Positions 46,981 through 59,015 of a stretch of 64,000 nucleotides of DNA are shown piece by piece; positions within the stretch are counted from its first letter, which is position 1, and every line of letters begins with the position of its first letter. The stretch is from Podospora anserina (lineage: Eukaryota). The position numbers and the translations under genes are program-made. The DNA is taken from contig CM030337.1 in assembly GCA_017654855.1 (NCBI GenBank), forward strand, positions 1,798,001 to 1,862,000, in the 5' to 3' direction. The notes beneath the pieces were generated by a model. It ran no database searches and was not told the origin of the DNA. It saw nothing but the letters and a program-made list of their open reading frames with translations.

Positions 46981-48944
46981 TCTGCTTTTGCTTCTCTTTC
47001 TCTCTCTTGCACAGGCCTGTTGGCTGTCCTACTTTTGCGTTATTGCTTCTTTTTTTTCTCCCCCATGTCCATCCTGTTCAGCTCAGCAGGCCCATTAATG
47101 CAGTTCTCGTGGTTGCTCAAGCCAAGATTTCTAGATCGAATCGCGAAGTCGGCATGGTCTTGCAACCCAACCCAACACAAAGTCTCACCATGGGGCTCAT
47201 CTGGTATCCTTTTCTCGAATGCCACTTGTCCATCATCCGACTTTCTACGAGAAAGACGGCATTCTCGAGGTCCTACATTGCTTTTTTCTCCGACGAAACG
47301 GCGGGTAACCAACCCGGTACGCTTGTCTCGTGGTGGCTTTCGCAATGATCCAATGAAAGCTTTCCACTTACACGTCTTTTCTTCCTGTTGTGTTTCCCTC
47401 ACTCCTATCCATCCATCCATCCATCCATTCACACCACCATCCATGATACAACGTGCGCGATATTTCTTTTTTCCTTTTGATAGATGGCCTCGCACAAACA
47501 GCCGGGGTCAGACCGTCCGGAATATCCTCCCAGAACTGAGCTCGATGAGGACCAAAGAAAAGAGACCTTCATATTTCCACAACGACTACCCTGATTCGCC
47601 CGATGGTGTGTCAAGGCTCTCCATTATCGCCCAGCCGCTGTTGCATCTACCAAGCGTCCAACGTGGTTGCTGTAACCCCGCCGACCACAGAATGGTCAGG
47701 AGAAGGTCAAAAGCATGAGCTCCCTAGCTCCAGTCAACCTGCATCATGGAGTGTTGAACAGCAGCTACTTAGCTAAAAAAAACTACATGAAGCTAGGATA
47801 ACAGAGGCCTCCCGTCTTACGCCCTCAATGCAGTAGCTGGAGCACGCGACAGGTTTAAGAGATGGATATCGAGATCGAGTTGACAAAGCCAATGCCAATC
47901 TAGGTAACCCGGATCTCGTACAACATCTCGTATGTAAGAGGTAGCAAGAAATCTGATGATTTCTCTTGTTCCACGAAACGTAGGACCTGTGATGGCAGTT
48001 GCAGGTCAAGCAATGAAACGAAGCGCAGTGCCGGTGCAGCATGCAGCAAGTGCAGAATGCATAATCCCACCGAGGGGAGCTTTCCACCTAACCATGACGT
48101 CAGGCCAACCATCTGATCAAATCGACACCATAGGTAGCTTGCCCCTTCAATAAGAGCAATAATTTAGCTGATTGAAGATCAACTAGTGAGTCGCTGTCCA
48201 AAGGCAATGAATGACAGGTTGCCCGTGCATGGCGTTTTTGCACAGCCTCCCTCCTCCCCTCCGCCCCCTCTCCCAAACTTCCCAACAAGCCCTTCCTTTG
48301 ACACTTACACAGCGGCTCGCAAGTCAGCCCTTCTTCTCCCAAGAAAGAATCCCGCAGGTCGTGTGATGCCGACCCAAACCTCGTGAGACGATCGACGGTC
48401 GGGGCAAAAGAAAGCATGGGATGAGAGGTCCCTCCGTCAGAAAGCTAATGTCATCAAACAAAGGACAAAGATGAGGGGCAGCCTCCCACCACACACACAC
48501 TTGAGGGGGAGGGGAGGCAAAGTAACCCCAGGGTGTCCGTGAACTGAAGCCACATTACTCCATCATTTGTCTCCTCCCTTCCTATTTCGGATAGCAACAG
48601 AGAGATAACAGGAGCAACCCTTACTCGGTGACCACCCGGTTGGAAAAGCTAGGTTGTAGTCGTACCTCCCTCCTCTTCCGATCCGATCCCAACATTCCTT
48701 CCCTTTGAATGGGATATAATAACCCTTTCCCATCCCGCTTTCCCGAATGACCCCTTTCACCATCTCCGGGACCTCCCAAGTTCTAGACCTTGTTTAAATC
48801 TTCTTCCCAAACATCATTCATCCTTTTTGATCAGACAGCAAACCTGAACCACATCGGTCAAACCACCTACATATCTCTATTCTTTAGTTTATACTACAAC
48901 GACGTCACACCTACAATCACCTACGCTAAACCACAACCGCAACA

Positions 48945-49400
48945 ATGGCTGGTACGTCCTCCTCCCCTCCCCCCTTATCATCAGCCAATGCTAACCACCT
49001 CCCCACGTATTTAGACTCCCGCAACCCCTCCACAGCCTCCAACACCTCCCCAACCACAACCAACTTCCCCATCTCCCCATCTCCCACCTCCCCATCTCCC
49101 ACCTCCCCAAGGCGCGACCGTCGCAACAGCGACGAGTGGGGTAAGCCTCTTTCCCATCCCGTTGCCCCCCCCCCCTTTTTTTTCCCGTTCACTAACAATC
49201 TCTCTCTACCAGACGCCTCCAAAGTCCCCCCCTCCCGCTTCCAAAAGCGCAAAGGATCAATCTACGCCGTCCCCGGCTCCCGCGACGGCCACGTCGACTC
49301 CAACTACGCCCACAAGTTCCACGAGCTCCACGCCGAAAAGGGCTACACTGGGTTTGGCACGCCGAATTACAACCAAACCACAGCCACAAAGAAACAGTAG
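48945..49400 (+). CDS. small hypothetical protein (2 introns)
   Basis: Spliced MA|DSRNPS...RRNSDEW|DASKVPPSRFQKRKGSIYAVPGSRDGHVD; canonical GT...CTAAC...AG introns. Confidence 0.7.
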   Translation: MAGTSSSPPPLSSANANHLPTYLDSRNPSTASNTSPTTTNFPISPSPTSPSPTSPRRDRRNSDEWGKPLSHPVAPPPFFFPFTNNLSLPDASKVPPSRFQKRKGSIYAVPGSRDGHVDSNYAHKFHELHAEKGYTGFGTPNYNQTTATKKQ

Positions 49401-50084
49401 GAACTTTCTTCTTTTGTTGGGTTGGAGACGGTAAAAGGGGCGTTGGTGGGGGGTACTTCTTGGCTTTTTGGGAATAGCAACAACAATGCAGTGACTGAGG
49501 AGAGGACAGGGTTGGATGAACAGTGGGAGATGGCGCATGGGGATATTCGGATGGTGGACAGGGAGGATGTGAGGAGGGGAAAGATGTCTTGTTGATGTGT
49601 TAAGGGAGGAGGTTTGAGTTTGTCAGGTGTTGATTGGAGTTTTCGTGGGAATTATGAAACATTGGGAGGGCAGAATGAAATGAATACCTAGCAATATGAT
49701 GTTTTTTTTTCTTTGAAAGAGAAGATAAATATGCTGTATAGTGTGTGTGTGCAAACTTGTGTTTTTCTCCACGATGAGATCCCAGATCCTGTCGAGAAAA
49801 GAAGAGGTTGGTAGGTAGGTAAGTAATAAATAACACATCTGTCAAGGTAAAAAGACAAAAAGAAATGGTTTTGTTTGTAACTTTGCCTTGTTTTTTCCTC
49901 CTTCCCCCCAAAGACAAATAACATGACGAGAAAATATTTGAGAGAGAAAATACGAGAGTGATGACCACAAAGAAACAAGAAAAGAAAAAAACGCCCAGCT
50001 TTGAAGTGTGTCGGTAACCCAATGCAATCTAAATAACATACAGGTTAAAAGCAAGAAGAAAATAAATAAAAAGAAGAGGTTATT

Positions 50085-52673
50085 TCATTCCATATCATCA
50101 AGCTCGATAGCATCCGGGTTTGCCACCTCGACCACCTTGGGAGCAACCACACTCCCCTTGATCCCCTCGTTCGCCGCAACAAATCCCGCCGGGGCACGAG
50201 CCTGCCGTTCCAGCTGCTCCATCGCGTCCGCCACCTCCTGATCAACCTCTCCTCCTCCTTCGCCGTTCTTGGCCTGCTGTGCTCTCGCCAGGGCCTGCGA
50301 GGCAATAAAGTTGACATCGGTGTTGTACTGCGCCTGCACCGACCGCTTGATCCGCAGCATCTCCTTGAACGTGTCCTCATTGCCATGCTGCACCTCAAAC
50401 TGCTCCCATTTTTGCCAAAACCCCGGGTTTGTCCTGGGATCGCAAAACTGGGATCCATGGCCGTAGATGGCCCTTGCCCGGTCGATTTCCCCAAGACGTT
50501 TTTCCATGTCCGCGAATTTGAGGCACATGTCCTTTGCTTCGTTGTCGGGGAGGGTGGCGATGGCGCGCTCGTAAATAGGGCGCGTGGATGGGAGACCAAA
50601 ATTAGAGGCCGACTTGGTAATATAGAAATTAAACATGTCCGCCCTGTCCTCGTCCGACACGGCACGCGTTGCCCGCTCATAAATGCGCATCGCGTGCCGG
50701 GCTAGACCGCGCTCCTCTTCCAGGTTGCCGTACATGAGGTAGATCACCTTGGCGAACTTGGCCGGGCAGTCTTCAACGGCTTGTTCAAAGAGATCTCTCA
50801 GACGCTCGATGCTGATCTTGCGGTCAACGGCCTTGGTTAGGTAGAGGTTCCATAGCTCAAAGGCTACGGGGTAAGAGAAGAGATCAAGGCCGCGCTCGTA
50901 GATCTTGAATGACTCTTCAAAGTACTTGTGTTCCTCGAGTAGGTTGGCGTAGTTGACCACAGTCTGGGGGGTGGCGATGCGGAGCTCGAATATTCTTTCG
51001 TAAATCTTCTTGGTTTCCTCCAGGGTGCTGACACTCTCGACAAGGTCGACGTAGAACGACCACAGCTTCCAGCTCTTGTGTACTCGCTGTTGGGGAGATA
51101 ATGTCTCGTCAAAGTAGTCGACATTGGATCTCTTCGGGGCTTGGACAGCTTTGGCCATGATCCGGACGGCATCGTCAAAGTTCTCGTTGCGGAGTTCCAT
51201 CTCTGCCCACTCGATCCACATGTCGGCCAGCTCAGCTACCGACTTGAAGGGCACCTTGACCGCCTTTTCCATGATAGTCCTCGCGCTCCGGATATCCCCT
51301 CCGTTTTCGTAGAATTTGGCATAGTTAGCCCACAACTGATGGAACGCGCCAACAGCCTTCTTTGGCTGAATAGCAGCGATAGCATCCGTATAAGTCTGTA
51401 CAACCTCCTGCTTGTTGTCTCCCCACAGAGCAACTCTCTTCTCCCACTCGGTGACATTGTTCGGGTTCTGTCGTAGTAACACATCGTTCAGGAGGAACGG
51501 TCGTCGGTCCATCAGATGCTCAAACCGCATCATCCTGATATCCAGATCAAAATCAGCCACCTCATCCACCACGCCTTTTTCCGCCCGTCCCGAGGCCATC
51601 TCCATCAGTGCCCCAATGACAGACTCCTCAAACTCAGTGTACGAGTCAAAAATGAGCGTAAAGTCCCGGACCGTCATAACTGTTGTGATGCCCTCCTCAA
51701 AAACATCTCTTGCCCTCTCAAAGCTGCCCCTTCGAATCCAGTAGGTTGCCAGGCCGCACCACAGTTTCCCGCGCTGGTCCGCGAACCGTTCGATTCCGCT
51801 CCGAATGATCCGTTCCACGTCAATGCCTGTTTCGTGTCCCGTTTCAATGTCGACAGCGTGCTCCACCAACAGATCCACCATCTCGCTCCAAAGCTCGTAG
51901 TGACCCTTCCCGTTCTTGCTCTGGAATCGTGGGTTGTTGAGAATGTCGATGTACCTCTTGACTGCCTCGGTGTACAGCTCGCTCTGAATCAAAAGTTCGA
52001 TAAAGTCTTCGGCATCCTCCGGGTGGACCTGTGTGTAGCGCCTCCAGATCTTGACAGCCGTCAAACCCTCGGCCGAGTTGGCGAACGGTCGGTACAAGGC
52101 CCATATCCTGTTGTGTTGTGTAATCGGAAGTGCTCGGAGTGCGCGGTCGAAGGTGTGTCGTGTGAGGGTGACGAGGGGCTGCTGCATGAGGAACTTGAGG
52201 TACATCTCCCAGATGCGCGGCATTTTGTTGAGGAGGATCAGCGCCCGCTCAAAGAGCGCATTGACCTTTTGGTATTCGGAGGTGAAGATGGCGGCATTGA
52301 GCTTTGCGACGTGCTTCGTTCGGAATCGTAAATACTGGTTGAGGGTTAGAACATGCTGACTCGGCATCAAAACTTGCGAGGAATAACGTACCATTTTCCA
52401 CAGCTTATAGGAGCGCGGCAATTGGATACATGCCCTCTCCATGACGTAGGCTTGCTCGCGAAGTGTCCCATGTTGAATCTTGTAGTCAATGTAGGCGAGC
52501 CATGGCTTGGTGCTGCCGGGGTTTCGTTGGATGTCTTGCTCGTAGGGGTAGTCATCATCGGACTGAAGGGCGCAAATGTTAGCATTCGTTGATGTTCCCG
52601 CAATCCCAGAGCTGGAAAAACATACCACGAGCGCCAGATCAGGCTGGCGGCCAGAGGAGAGTGCCAGCGCCAT
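50085..52673 (-). CDS. SYF1: pre-mRNA splicing factor Syf1 (HAT/TPR repeats), short 5' introns
   Basis: YEQDIQRNP, LPRSYKLW, LLRQNPNNV, WAEMELR, HGNEDTFKEMLRIKRSVQA. Confidence 0.96.
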   Translation of the reverse strand: MALALSSGRQPDLALVVCFSSSGIAGTSTNANICALQSDDDYPYEQDIQRNPGSTKPWLAYIDYKIQHGTLREQAYVMERACIQLPRSYKLWKMVRYSSQVLMPSQHVLTLNQYLRFRTKHVAKLNAAIFTSEYQKVNALFERALILLNKMPRIWEMYLKFLMQQPLVTLTRHTFDRALRALPITQHNRIWALYRPFANSAEGLTAVKIWRRYTQVHPEDAEDFIELLIQSELYTEAVKRYIDILNNPRFQSKNGKGHYELWSEMVDLLVEHAVDIETGHETGIDVERIIRSGIERFADQRGKLWCGLATYWIRRGSFERARDVFEEGITTVMTVRDFTLIFDSYTEFEESVIGALMEMASGRAEKGVVDEVADFDLDIRMMRFEHLMDRRPFLLNDVLLRQNPNNVTEWEKRVALWGDNKQEVVQTYTDAIAAIQPKKAVGAFHQLWANYAKFYENGGDIRSARTIMEKAVKVPFKSVAELADMWIEWAEMELRNENFDDAVRIMAKAVQAPKRSNVDYFDETLSPQQRVHKSWKLWSFYVDLVESVSTLEETKKIYERIFELRIATPQTVVNYANLLEEHKYFEESFKIYERGLDLFSYPVAFELWNLYLTKAVDRKISIERLRDLFEQAVEDCPAKFAKVIYLMYGNLEEERGLARHAMRIYERATRAVSDEDRADMFNFYITKSASNFGLPSTRPIYERAIATLPDNEAKDMCLKFADMEKRLGEIDRARAIYGHGSQFCDPRTNPGFWQKWEQFEVQHGNEDTFKEMLRIKRSVQAQYNTDVNFIASQALARAQQAKNGEGGGEVDQEVADAMEQLERQARAPAGFVAANEGIKGSVVAPKVVEVANPDAIELDDME

Positions 52674-53294
52674 CGCGGGACTCGATCGTCTTCAGTAAGG
52701 AGCCAATTGGGGGGTGGGCGCCCTCCGCGGCAGAGCCGAAGAGCAGAAGAAGTAAAAAGAAAAGTCCTAGACGCGCCGTTGCCACGACATCACTGCTAGG
52801 TGTTGTCAACGAGGTAGGTTTGGCGCAGACAGTAACAATCCGACGACGGCGTGGTTTGACGAATTTCGGCACTGCTTTTTTCCAACTTCTCCAACAAGTC
52901 TGGCGATTGGGCACGCGCTTGAGGGAGACGGGTCACGTAAAGAAAGCACAGACCAGGTCATTATAATTGCACTAATTAGCGGGGAGACGCCGCACTACGT
53001 AGGTAATCAGCACGGGCCAGTTCCAGGTCCAGGGGATGTGCTGTTGGCAGCAAGCAACCTGGAAGGCTTCCGTCACCCAGCTGTCGCAACAAGCTCCAAG
53101 AAGCTCCACACCTCACGATCCCACAGCCCATCCCTCTCTGTCCAGCTGCTGTGCGAACGACAACAGCCATATCTCGCCGAGCCCTGCATCTTCCCTTGAC
53201 CCCTAGAGATCACCATCTCATCTCTTTGTATTACTTCTGCACCCTTCACTACAACACTTGGAAATCTCCAATTGCCCGATAACCACCCGCAATC

Positions 53295-54346
53295 ATGTCC
53301 GGCGCAGCAGTATGTTGGTCCAAACACCCCACTGTCTCCCAATATCAACATCACGATAACTAACCACCCAACCCTCCCCATCCAGGACCGCGAAGCCGTC
53401 TTTCCCACCCGGCAATCGCTGGGTATCATGAAAGCAAAGCTCAAAGGCGCCGAAACAGGTCACAGTCTCCTCAAAAGAAAGAGTGAAGCTCTCACCAAGT
53501 CAGTCTCCCGTCCCCATTCCCCTCCCAGGCCCCCCGAAACCATACCTAACCTCCCCGTCCCCCCCCAGACGCTTCCGCGAAATCACCCGCCGCATCGACG
53601 AAGCCAAGCGCAAGATGGGCCGCGTAATGCAAATCGCCTCCCTCTCCCTCGCCGAAGTCACCTACGCCGTCGGCGGCAACATAGGGTACCAAATCCAGGA
53701 ATCCGCCAAATCCGCCCGCTTCCGCATCCGCGCCAAGCAGGAAAACGTCTCGGGCGTCCTCCTCCCCGCGTTTGAGAGCTACCAGACCGAGGGGAACAAC
53801 GACTTTGCCATGACGGGTCTCGGCAAGGGAGGTCAGCAGGTGCAGCGGTGTCGCGAGACGTATGCGAGGGCGGTGGAGGCGCTCGTGGAGCTGGCGAGCT
53901 TGCAGACGGCGTTCGTGATTTTGGACGAGGTCATCAAGGTGGTGAACAGGCGAGTGAATGCCATGTAAGTGACAGACCTGAGATTTTTGAGAGTGGATGG
54001 GATGGGTTGGGGTGCTAACATTTGCCTAGTGAGCATGTCATTATTCCCAGGACGGAGAATACCATCAAGTGTAAGTGGAACTCCACCCTGTTTTAGATGG
54101 ACTGTACTGACTTTCCCAGATATCAACTCGGAGCTTGACGAGCTGGACAGAGAGGAGTTTTACAGACTGAAGAAGGTTGCCGGCAAGAAACAGCGAGACA
54201 CAGCTGAGCAAGATGCCGAGATGAAGGCTAGGAAAGAAGCGCAAGCTGCAGCTGCAGATGAGCAGAACCAAGCGCCAAATGCCGCGGCGGACGACGCGCC
54301 AGCTGATCTGTTGGCTGCGGAGGAGGATGAAGATGTCATCTTCTAA
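53295..54346 (+). CDS. VMA8: V-type ATPase subunit D (multi-exon)
   Basis: DREAVFPTRQ, GHSLLKRKSEAL, ENVSGVLLP, LASLQTAFVILDEVIKVVNRRVNA, ELDELDREEFYRLKK. Confidence 0.96.
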
Positions 54347-54618
54347 GGGAGTTGTTGGTCTTGGACCATCGAGCGTTGTTGTCACTGTCGCATGTTGGAA
54401 GGGCGTGGTTAGAGTCATTGGTCAGCACATTGTTTCATTAGGCATAGGCGCAATCCGGGAGTTGCTTGTTTCCATGTTTTTATTTCATTGGGTATCTCTA
54501 ATTCCCTTCGCTGAGGCATCAATGAGCCGATTACGCTAAACCTGTACCATTCGGAGCATTACATCCTACTTTACCTATCAAACCAGTTATATGTGGTACC
54601 TCAACTCCAGCCCCCAGC

Positions 54619-55518
54619 TTACTGGCGCTGGTACGTGACCTTCATCGTCTTCTCGCCATTCTTCAGCGCCATGCCAGCAGTATTCTCCTTGGCAGTAATA
54701 GCCCCGGCTTCTGCGTCGTACTCGACGAAAGCAATCCCGCTGCGACCAGGGACAGTACGGACTTCGCGGAAACCTTCGAAGCGGCTGAAGATACCAGTGA
54801 GCTCGTCCTTGCCAAAGTCGTCGGGGAGGTTCTGAACGAAGAGAATGCGGTTGGGTGGGAGGTATTCATCGGGTACGACAGCGGCGGCACCAGCACCGGT
54901 GGACTTGAGGCCGGCACCACGAGCGTTCTTGGTTGGGCGGCCACTGACGGCGGTTTCGGCACCTGGAAGAGGACGCTTGAGGCGCTTTTGCTCTTCGGCT
55001 GTTTCGAGCGCCTTCTTTTTGTCTATTGATAATTCATGTTAAAACCAAGTTCAAAACGGAGAAATGTTAACGAGGGCATACCCTTCTCTGCCATGCGCCG
55101 GCGCTTGTGGGCATCAAACTCCTCCTCGTTGCCGGTCTGTTTAACGGTGGCATCGCTTCGAGTGCGGGCAAGGGCGACTTGCATGGGCTTCTCGAACAAC
55201 TCGAACCCCTGGACTTCTTCGATAGCCGTGAGGGCGGACTCGGGCTTGTCGAAAACAACAAATGCCTGGCCCTTGGCCTTGAGGTTGGTCTTAACAACGA
55301 TATCGATCACATTGCCGTACTCGGAGAAGATGACCATGAGGGCTTCCTTGAGCGGTTCGGGCTTGACGCGCTCTTCGAGGTTGCGCACGTAGACACTATG
55401 CGATAGAGGATTGTGTTAGTTAATTCCAATGCGACGCGATACCTGAGATGGCTGATGCCTTGTATGTGTCGGAGTGCAATGACACATACGTGGCGATTGG
55501 CTGTTGTCCTGAAGCCAT
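54619..55518 (-). CDS. U1A: U1 snRNP protein A (U1A/U2B''/SNF family, two RRMs); intron 1 = 55489-55396
   Basis: MASGQQPIAT|VYVRNLEERVK...FSEYGNVIDIVVKTNLKAKGQAFVVF...KPMQVALARTRSD; C-terminal RRM PPNRILFVQNLP...VRTVPGRSGIAFVEY. Confidence 0.9.
55462..55489 (-). promoter_or_regulatory. U1A-binding hairpin (U1 snRNA stem-loop II mimic) overlapping the intron-1 5' splice site of U1A
   Basis: Minus strand GTATGTGTC-ATTGCACTCC-GACACATAC: perfect 9-bp stem, C-G closing pair, 10-nt loop identical to U1 SLII. Confidence 0.85.
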
Positions 55519-56030
55519 TTTTTATCTTTGTTGATGATGTTTATGATCAGGCAGCAACTGCTGATTTGTTTGCAAATGTTGAATGTTGTGGTTGAACTCG
55601 GAAAGGTTTTTTGATGATTGGAGGACAAGACATGAAGTTGGAGATTGGAGACGGTGCCAAAACAAAGTGGGCCTTGGTGGGCACTAGACACATGGTCCTA
55701 GCGTCCTTGCAGCTGGCGCGGGGACTGCCCCACTGGAGAACCACCTCCAGGGCGCATGCATCCCGCTTCTCCCGCTGAACCAGCGTCACGGTGTGCAGCA
55801 ACACACTGGGCAACTCCGACCAAGGAACCAACAAGTCATTTCCCTTCCTCTTCAACACTTCCCAACTTCTTCTCTTCCAAGTTCTTGGGGCTCCCCATCT
55901 TGTCATCTTTGCTCCAAAAATGCGCGAAGAGACCCGGTGAGCAGGCGCATGCTTACACACACGCTGTGTACGCTATTCTACTCTTTCACCTCGTTTCCGG
56001 CGGTCCGAGATCCTTTGATATAAGCCTACC

Positions 56031-59015
56031 ATGGACGAAACGATACCACAAGCCGTCATGGCAACCGCCACACCCTCTTTCGACAACACCAGTGCGTGGC
56101 ATAACTTTACACTATGGACAACTCAGCATCTCAAGATGAGTATGAACATGTCGAGGCTCGCGCCGTCGCTGGAAGACTTGGTGTTGGCAGGACCAAGGAT
56201 GGTCATGAAGCTGGGGAAACTGGGCTCTTTTATCTCGTTTCCAGATGCGGTTGACAACTTTGGACAACGAACCATGGCCGATCCCACCGATGCCGGTGTC
56301 TTTTCGTCGGCACTCTCGTCCTCGACCAGCAGCACGACAGCCAGCATACTCAGCGACGTCGCATCCTCTTCCGCCACTGCCGCCGCCGCCGCCGCCTCTG
56401 CTGCTGCTGAAGATCCTACCGCCTCGGTATCCCGCTTCTCGATGGAGGGAGCGAGAGGAATTGGGAGCGTTTTGAGCTACGCGACAAGCAAATGGGCCAT
56501 AACTTGCATTGCGATGGCTATCCTCTTTAACCGGACGCACATATTTGCCGCGACTCGGCGTCGTTTACGACTTGCATGGCATATCCGGGTGCTGCTTCGA
56601 CTCCCAACCATCTTGCTCCTGCTCTGGCAGGCTCGCAGACTTCTCCAGTCCATTCAGTGCCAGACCTCTCCGGATTTCGCCCAGTTGCGGTGGGGCGATC
56701 CTAACAAGAGCTTCGACGTTATGTTCTCCGAAGCAAACAGCTTTTTCCATGGACTGAGCTCAACTTTGCTGTTCGGTGCCAGCGACGAGGATTCATGCCG
56801 TTCTGTCCGGATGGTACCATGGGATAATCAGGAACAATCGGAGCTCGTTGGCTCGCTCTCCCGATTATGGCCACTTTTCCTGACGTTTTGCTTTGGCCAG
56901 TTTATGGAGGTGCTTTCGTGCACTGTACAGGGACGCCCGACGGGCACCGAGACGGGCACAACGCTTTTTGAACAGTCTCTGGCTTTTGCAGAAGCTGATG
57001 CTGCTATCAGCAGCCAGCTCGGATGGGGTCTTTTCGCCTCCAATGCTTCTAAAGCAGCAGCGGATGCGAACATGGGCACCAAGATTGCCCTCACACGTGC
57101 CATGATCATGAAGCGCGTCAACACACCCCCTGAAGTATTGCTGGTCACTTTTATCTCAACCATGAGCTACGTCACTAGCCACATATTGGGATTGCTGAAC
57201 TTGCAGCCAAGATTCCGTCTGATCAGTACCGGATTCTATGGGCTTTGCTCAATGGGGTGCATGGTTTGGAGTACCATCAACTTTTCTGTTGACGATCCTA
57301 CCAGCCAGGGGCTGTTGAGATATCCCACGGTGTACATCATCGGAATCATTCCTCACACTCTCATCTTGATTGGCATCATTTCATGTGCGGTCATTTACTT
57401 CGTGGCCCTGACACTTTCCGCTCTCGCTGTGCCCGAGGCTGGGACCGGCGGCGAGACGGAACAGCTTACCTTCAAGCAGCGCTTCCTCCGTGCTCATGCC
57501 AACATGCAGGCAAACGTTTCACTTTCCGAGATCCGGATTAGGATGGATATGGACTTTTACACCGCGCTGGTCCGGGCTGGCTTTGGTGCCATCACCATGG
57601 CTAGCGAGGCGGTTTATCTTAATGAGGACCACAAGGTGAACTTGAAGCGGTATACCTGGCTGGAAGAGGACCGGTTCCGTGAGATTGAGGACCTGAAGAT
57701 GCAGTGGATCGGAGGCGTTCCTGGATCTCGGTTTGATACGGTCGGCACGATAGGACTTGTGCCGGTTAAAAATGGACAGCCGGGGGTCAACAATGGGTAT
57801 GCCAGGGAGAAGTCGGCGCAGCAGGTTTCCAAGAAGGACGGTACTGGCAGGAGACAGAGGGATGGGGTTGGGGCTGCGGAGAGGAGTTCCAGGTGGCTCA
57901 TGGCGGTTGATTACATGATGCATATTTCGCGTCTTGTGGTGGTTACTTGGGCATTGTGTACGGTCAGGTTTCTCAGGTTTGTTGGTTGGAGGAACCCGCC
58001 GCGTTGGCTGAGGGGGTTGTCTGAACGGCCGAAGAAGTCGGACGGGCGGGATAAGAAGGGGAGTTCGAGACAGAATGGGGAGTCGTATGCTGATATTCTT
58101 TCTCCTGGCAATGGGGGTTATTTTACGATTCCGCGGGACGACCAGGTTGATGTGGAGGAGCTGCTCAGAAGTAGGATGGACAACCGCAACGAGGCAGAAG
58201 TCGACACCAAGCTCTACAGCTACTTCTTGCGGGATGGCTGGTGGGGGAATAAGGACACCAGCGGGGAATACGTCCCCTCCCACCCTTTGATCACGGCCGG
58301 CAACGAGGAGATCGATGTCAACGACCCTGACTTTGACACGACAAGCATGATCTCCACGACAGAGACCTCTATCGAGAGTGACTTTGGCTGGGAGACTGAC
58401 AATGACAACAACAACGACTGGCTTGACGACGGGCAGCGAACACCCACGCAGCAAAACCCCGGCACCGAGCTCACCTCCGCTCTCGTCTCTGCCCTCCAGC
58501 GATCAAGGGAACCCTCCCCCGTGTTGGACACCCCCATCGACCCAACCACCCTCGCCCGACTTTTACACCCCCAGTCCGCCGCCGACCGAGACGAAGCCCA
58601 GACCCTGGCCGCCCATTTATCCTCCGGCACGATAATGACGCGCTCCAAGTACAAGCAAGCGCTCCAGCGGCAGCGAGCGCAGATTTTGCTCACCACCCTT
58701 AACCGTGGCAACCCGCTGCAGAGGATGAGTCCAGAAGAGGAGGAAAGACAGCTTGAGCAGCTGCTTCTCACTCGGCGGTCGGAGGCGCAGGCGAGGGGGG
58801 GGCAGGAGTCATGGAAGGAAGGGGGGGCGGGGTTGGGGGCGGAGGGGCCGCAGTGTGTGGTTTGTCAGTGCGCGCCGAGGACGATTATTGTGTGGCCGTG
58901 TAGGTGTTTGGGGTATTGTGATGATTGCAGGGTGAGCTTGGCGATGAACAATTATGACAAGTGTGTTTGCTGTAGGAGGGAGGTGAGTAGTTTTAGTAGG
59001 ATTTATGTTCCTTGA
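56031..59015 (+). CDS. multi-pass membrane RING E3 ubiquitin ligase, Asi1/Asi3-like
   Basis: 994-aa single-exon ORF with several TM segments; C-terminal CVVCQCAPRTIIVWPCRCLGYCDDCRVSLAMNNYDKCVCCRR. Confidence 0.85.
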   Translation: MDETIPQAVMATATPSFDNTSAWHNFTLWTTQHLKMSMNMSRLAPSLEDLVLAGPRMVMKLGKLGSFISFPDAVDNFGQRTMADPTDAGVFSSALSSSTSSTTASILSDVASSSATAAAAAASAAAEDPTASVSRFSMEGARGIGSVLSYATSKWAITCIAMAILFNRTHIFAATRRRLRLAWHIRVLLRLPTILLLLWQARRLLQSIQCQTSPDFAQLRWGDPNKSFDVMFSEANSFFHGLSSTLLFGASDEDSCRSVRMVPWDNQEQSELVGSLSRLWPLFLTFCFGQFMEVLSCTVQGRPTGTETGTTLFEQSLAFAEADAAISSQLGWGLFASNASKAAADANMGTKIALTRAMIMKRVNTPPEVLLVTFISTMSYVTSHILGLLNLQPRFRLISTGFYGLCSMGCMVWSTINFSVDDPTSQGLLRYPTVYIIGIIPHTLILIGIISCAVIYFVALTLSALAVPEAGTGGETEQLTFKQRFLRAHANMQANVSLSEIRIRMDMDFYTALVRAGFGAITMASEAVYLNEDHKVNLKRYTWLEEDRFREIEDLKMQWIGGVPGSRFDTVGTIGLVPVKNGQPGVNNGYAREKSAQQVSKKDGTGRRQRDGVGAAERSSRWLMAVDYMMHISRLVVVTWALCTVRFLRFVGWRNPPRWLRGLSERPKKSDGRDKKGSSRQNGESYADILSPGNGGYFTIPRDDQVDVEELLRSRMDNRNEAEVDTKLYSYFLRDGWWGNKDTSGEYVPSHPLITAGNEEIDVNDPDFDTTSMISTTETSIESDFGWETDNDNNNDWLDDGQRTPTQQNPGTELTSALVSALQRSREPSPVLDTPIDPTTLARLLHPQSAADRDEAQTLAAHLSSGTIMTRSKYKQALQRQRAQILLTTLNRGNPLQRMSPEEEERQLEQLLLTRRSEAQARGGQESWKEGGAGLGAEGPQCVVCQCAPRTIIVWPCRCLGYCDDCRVSLAMNNYDKCVCCRREVSSFSRIYVP

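Noticed and set aside
46923-48420. ORFs of 100-230 aa downstream of the tRNA
   Set aside because: Low-complexity intergenic sequence with no real ATG context or motifs; one ORF overlaps the tRNA.
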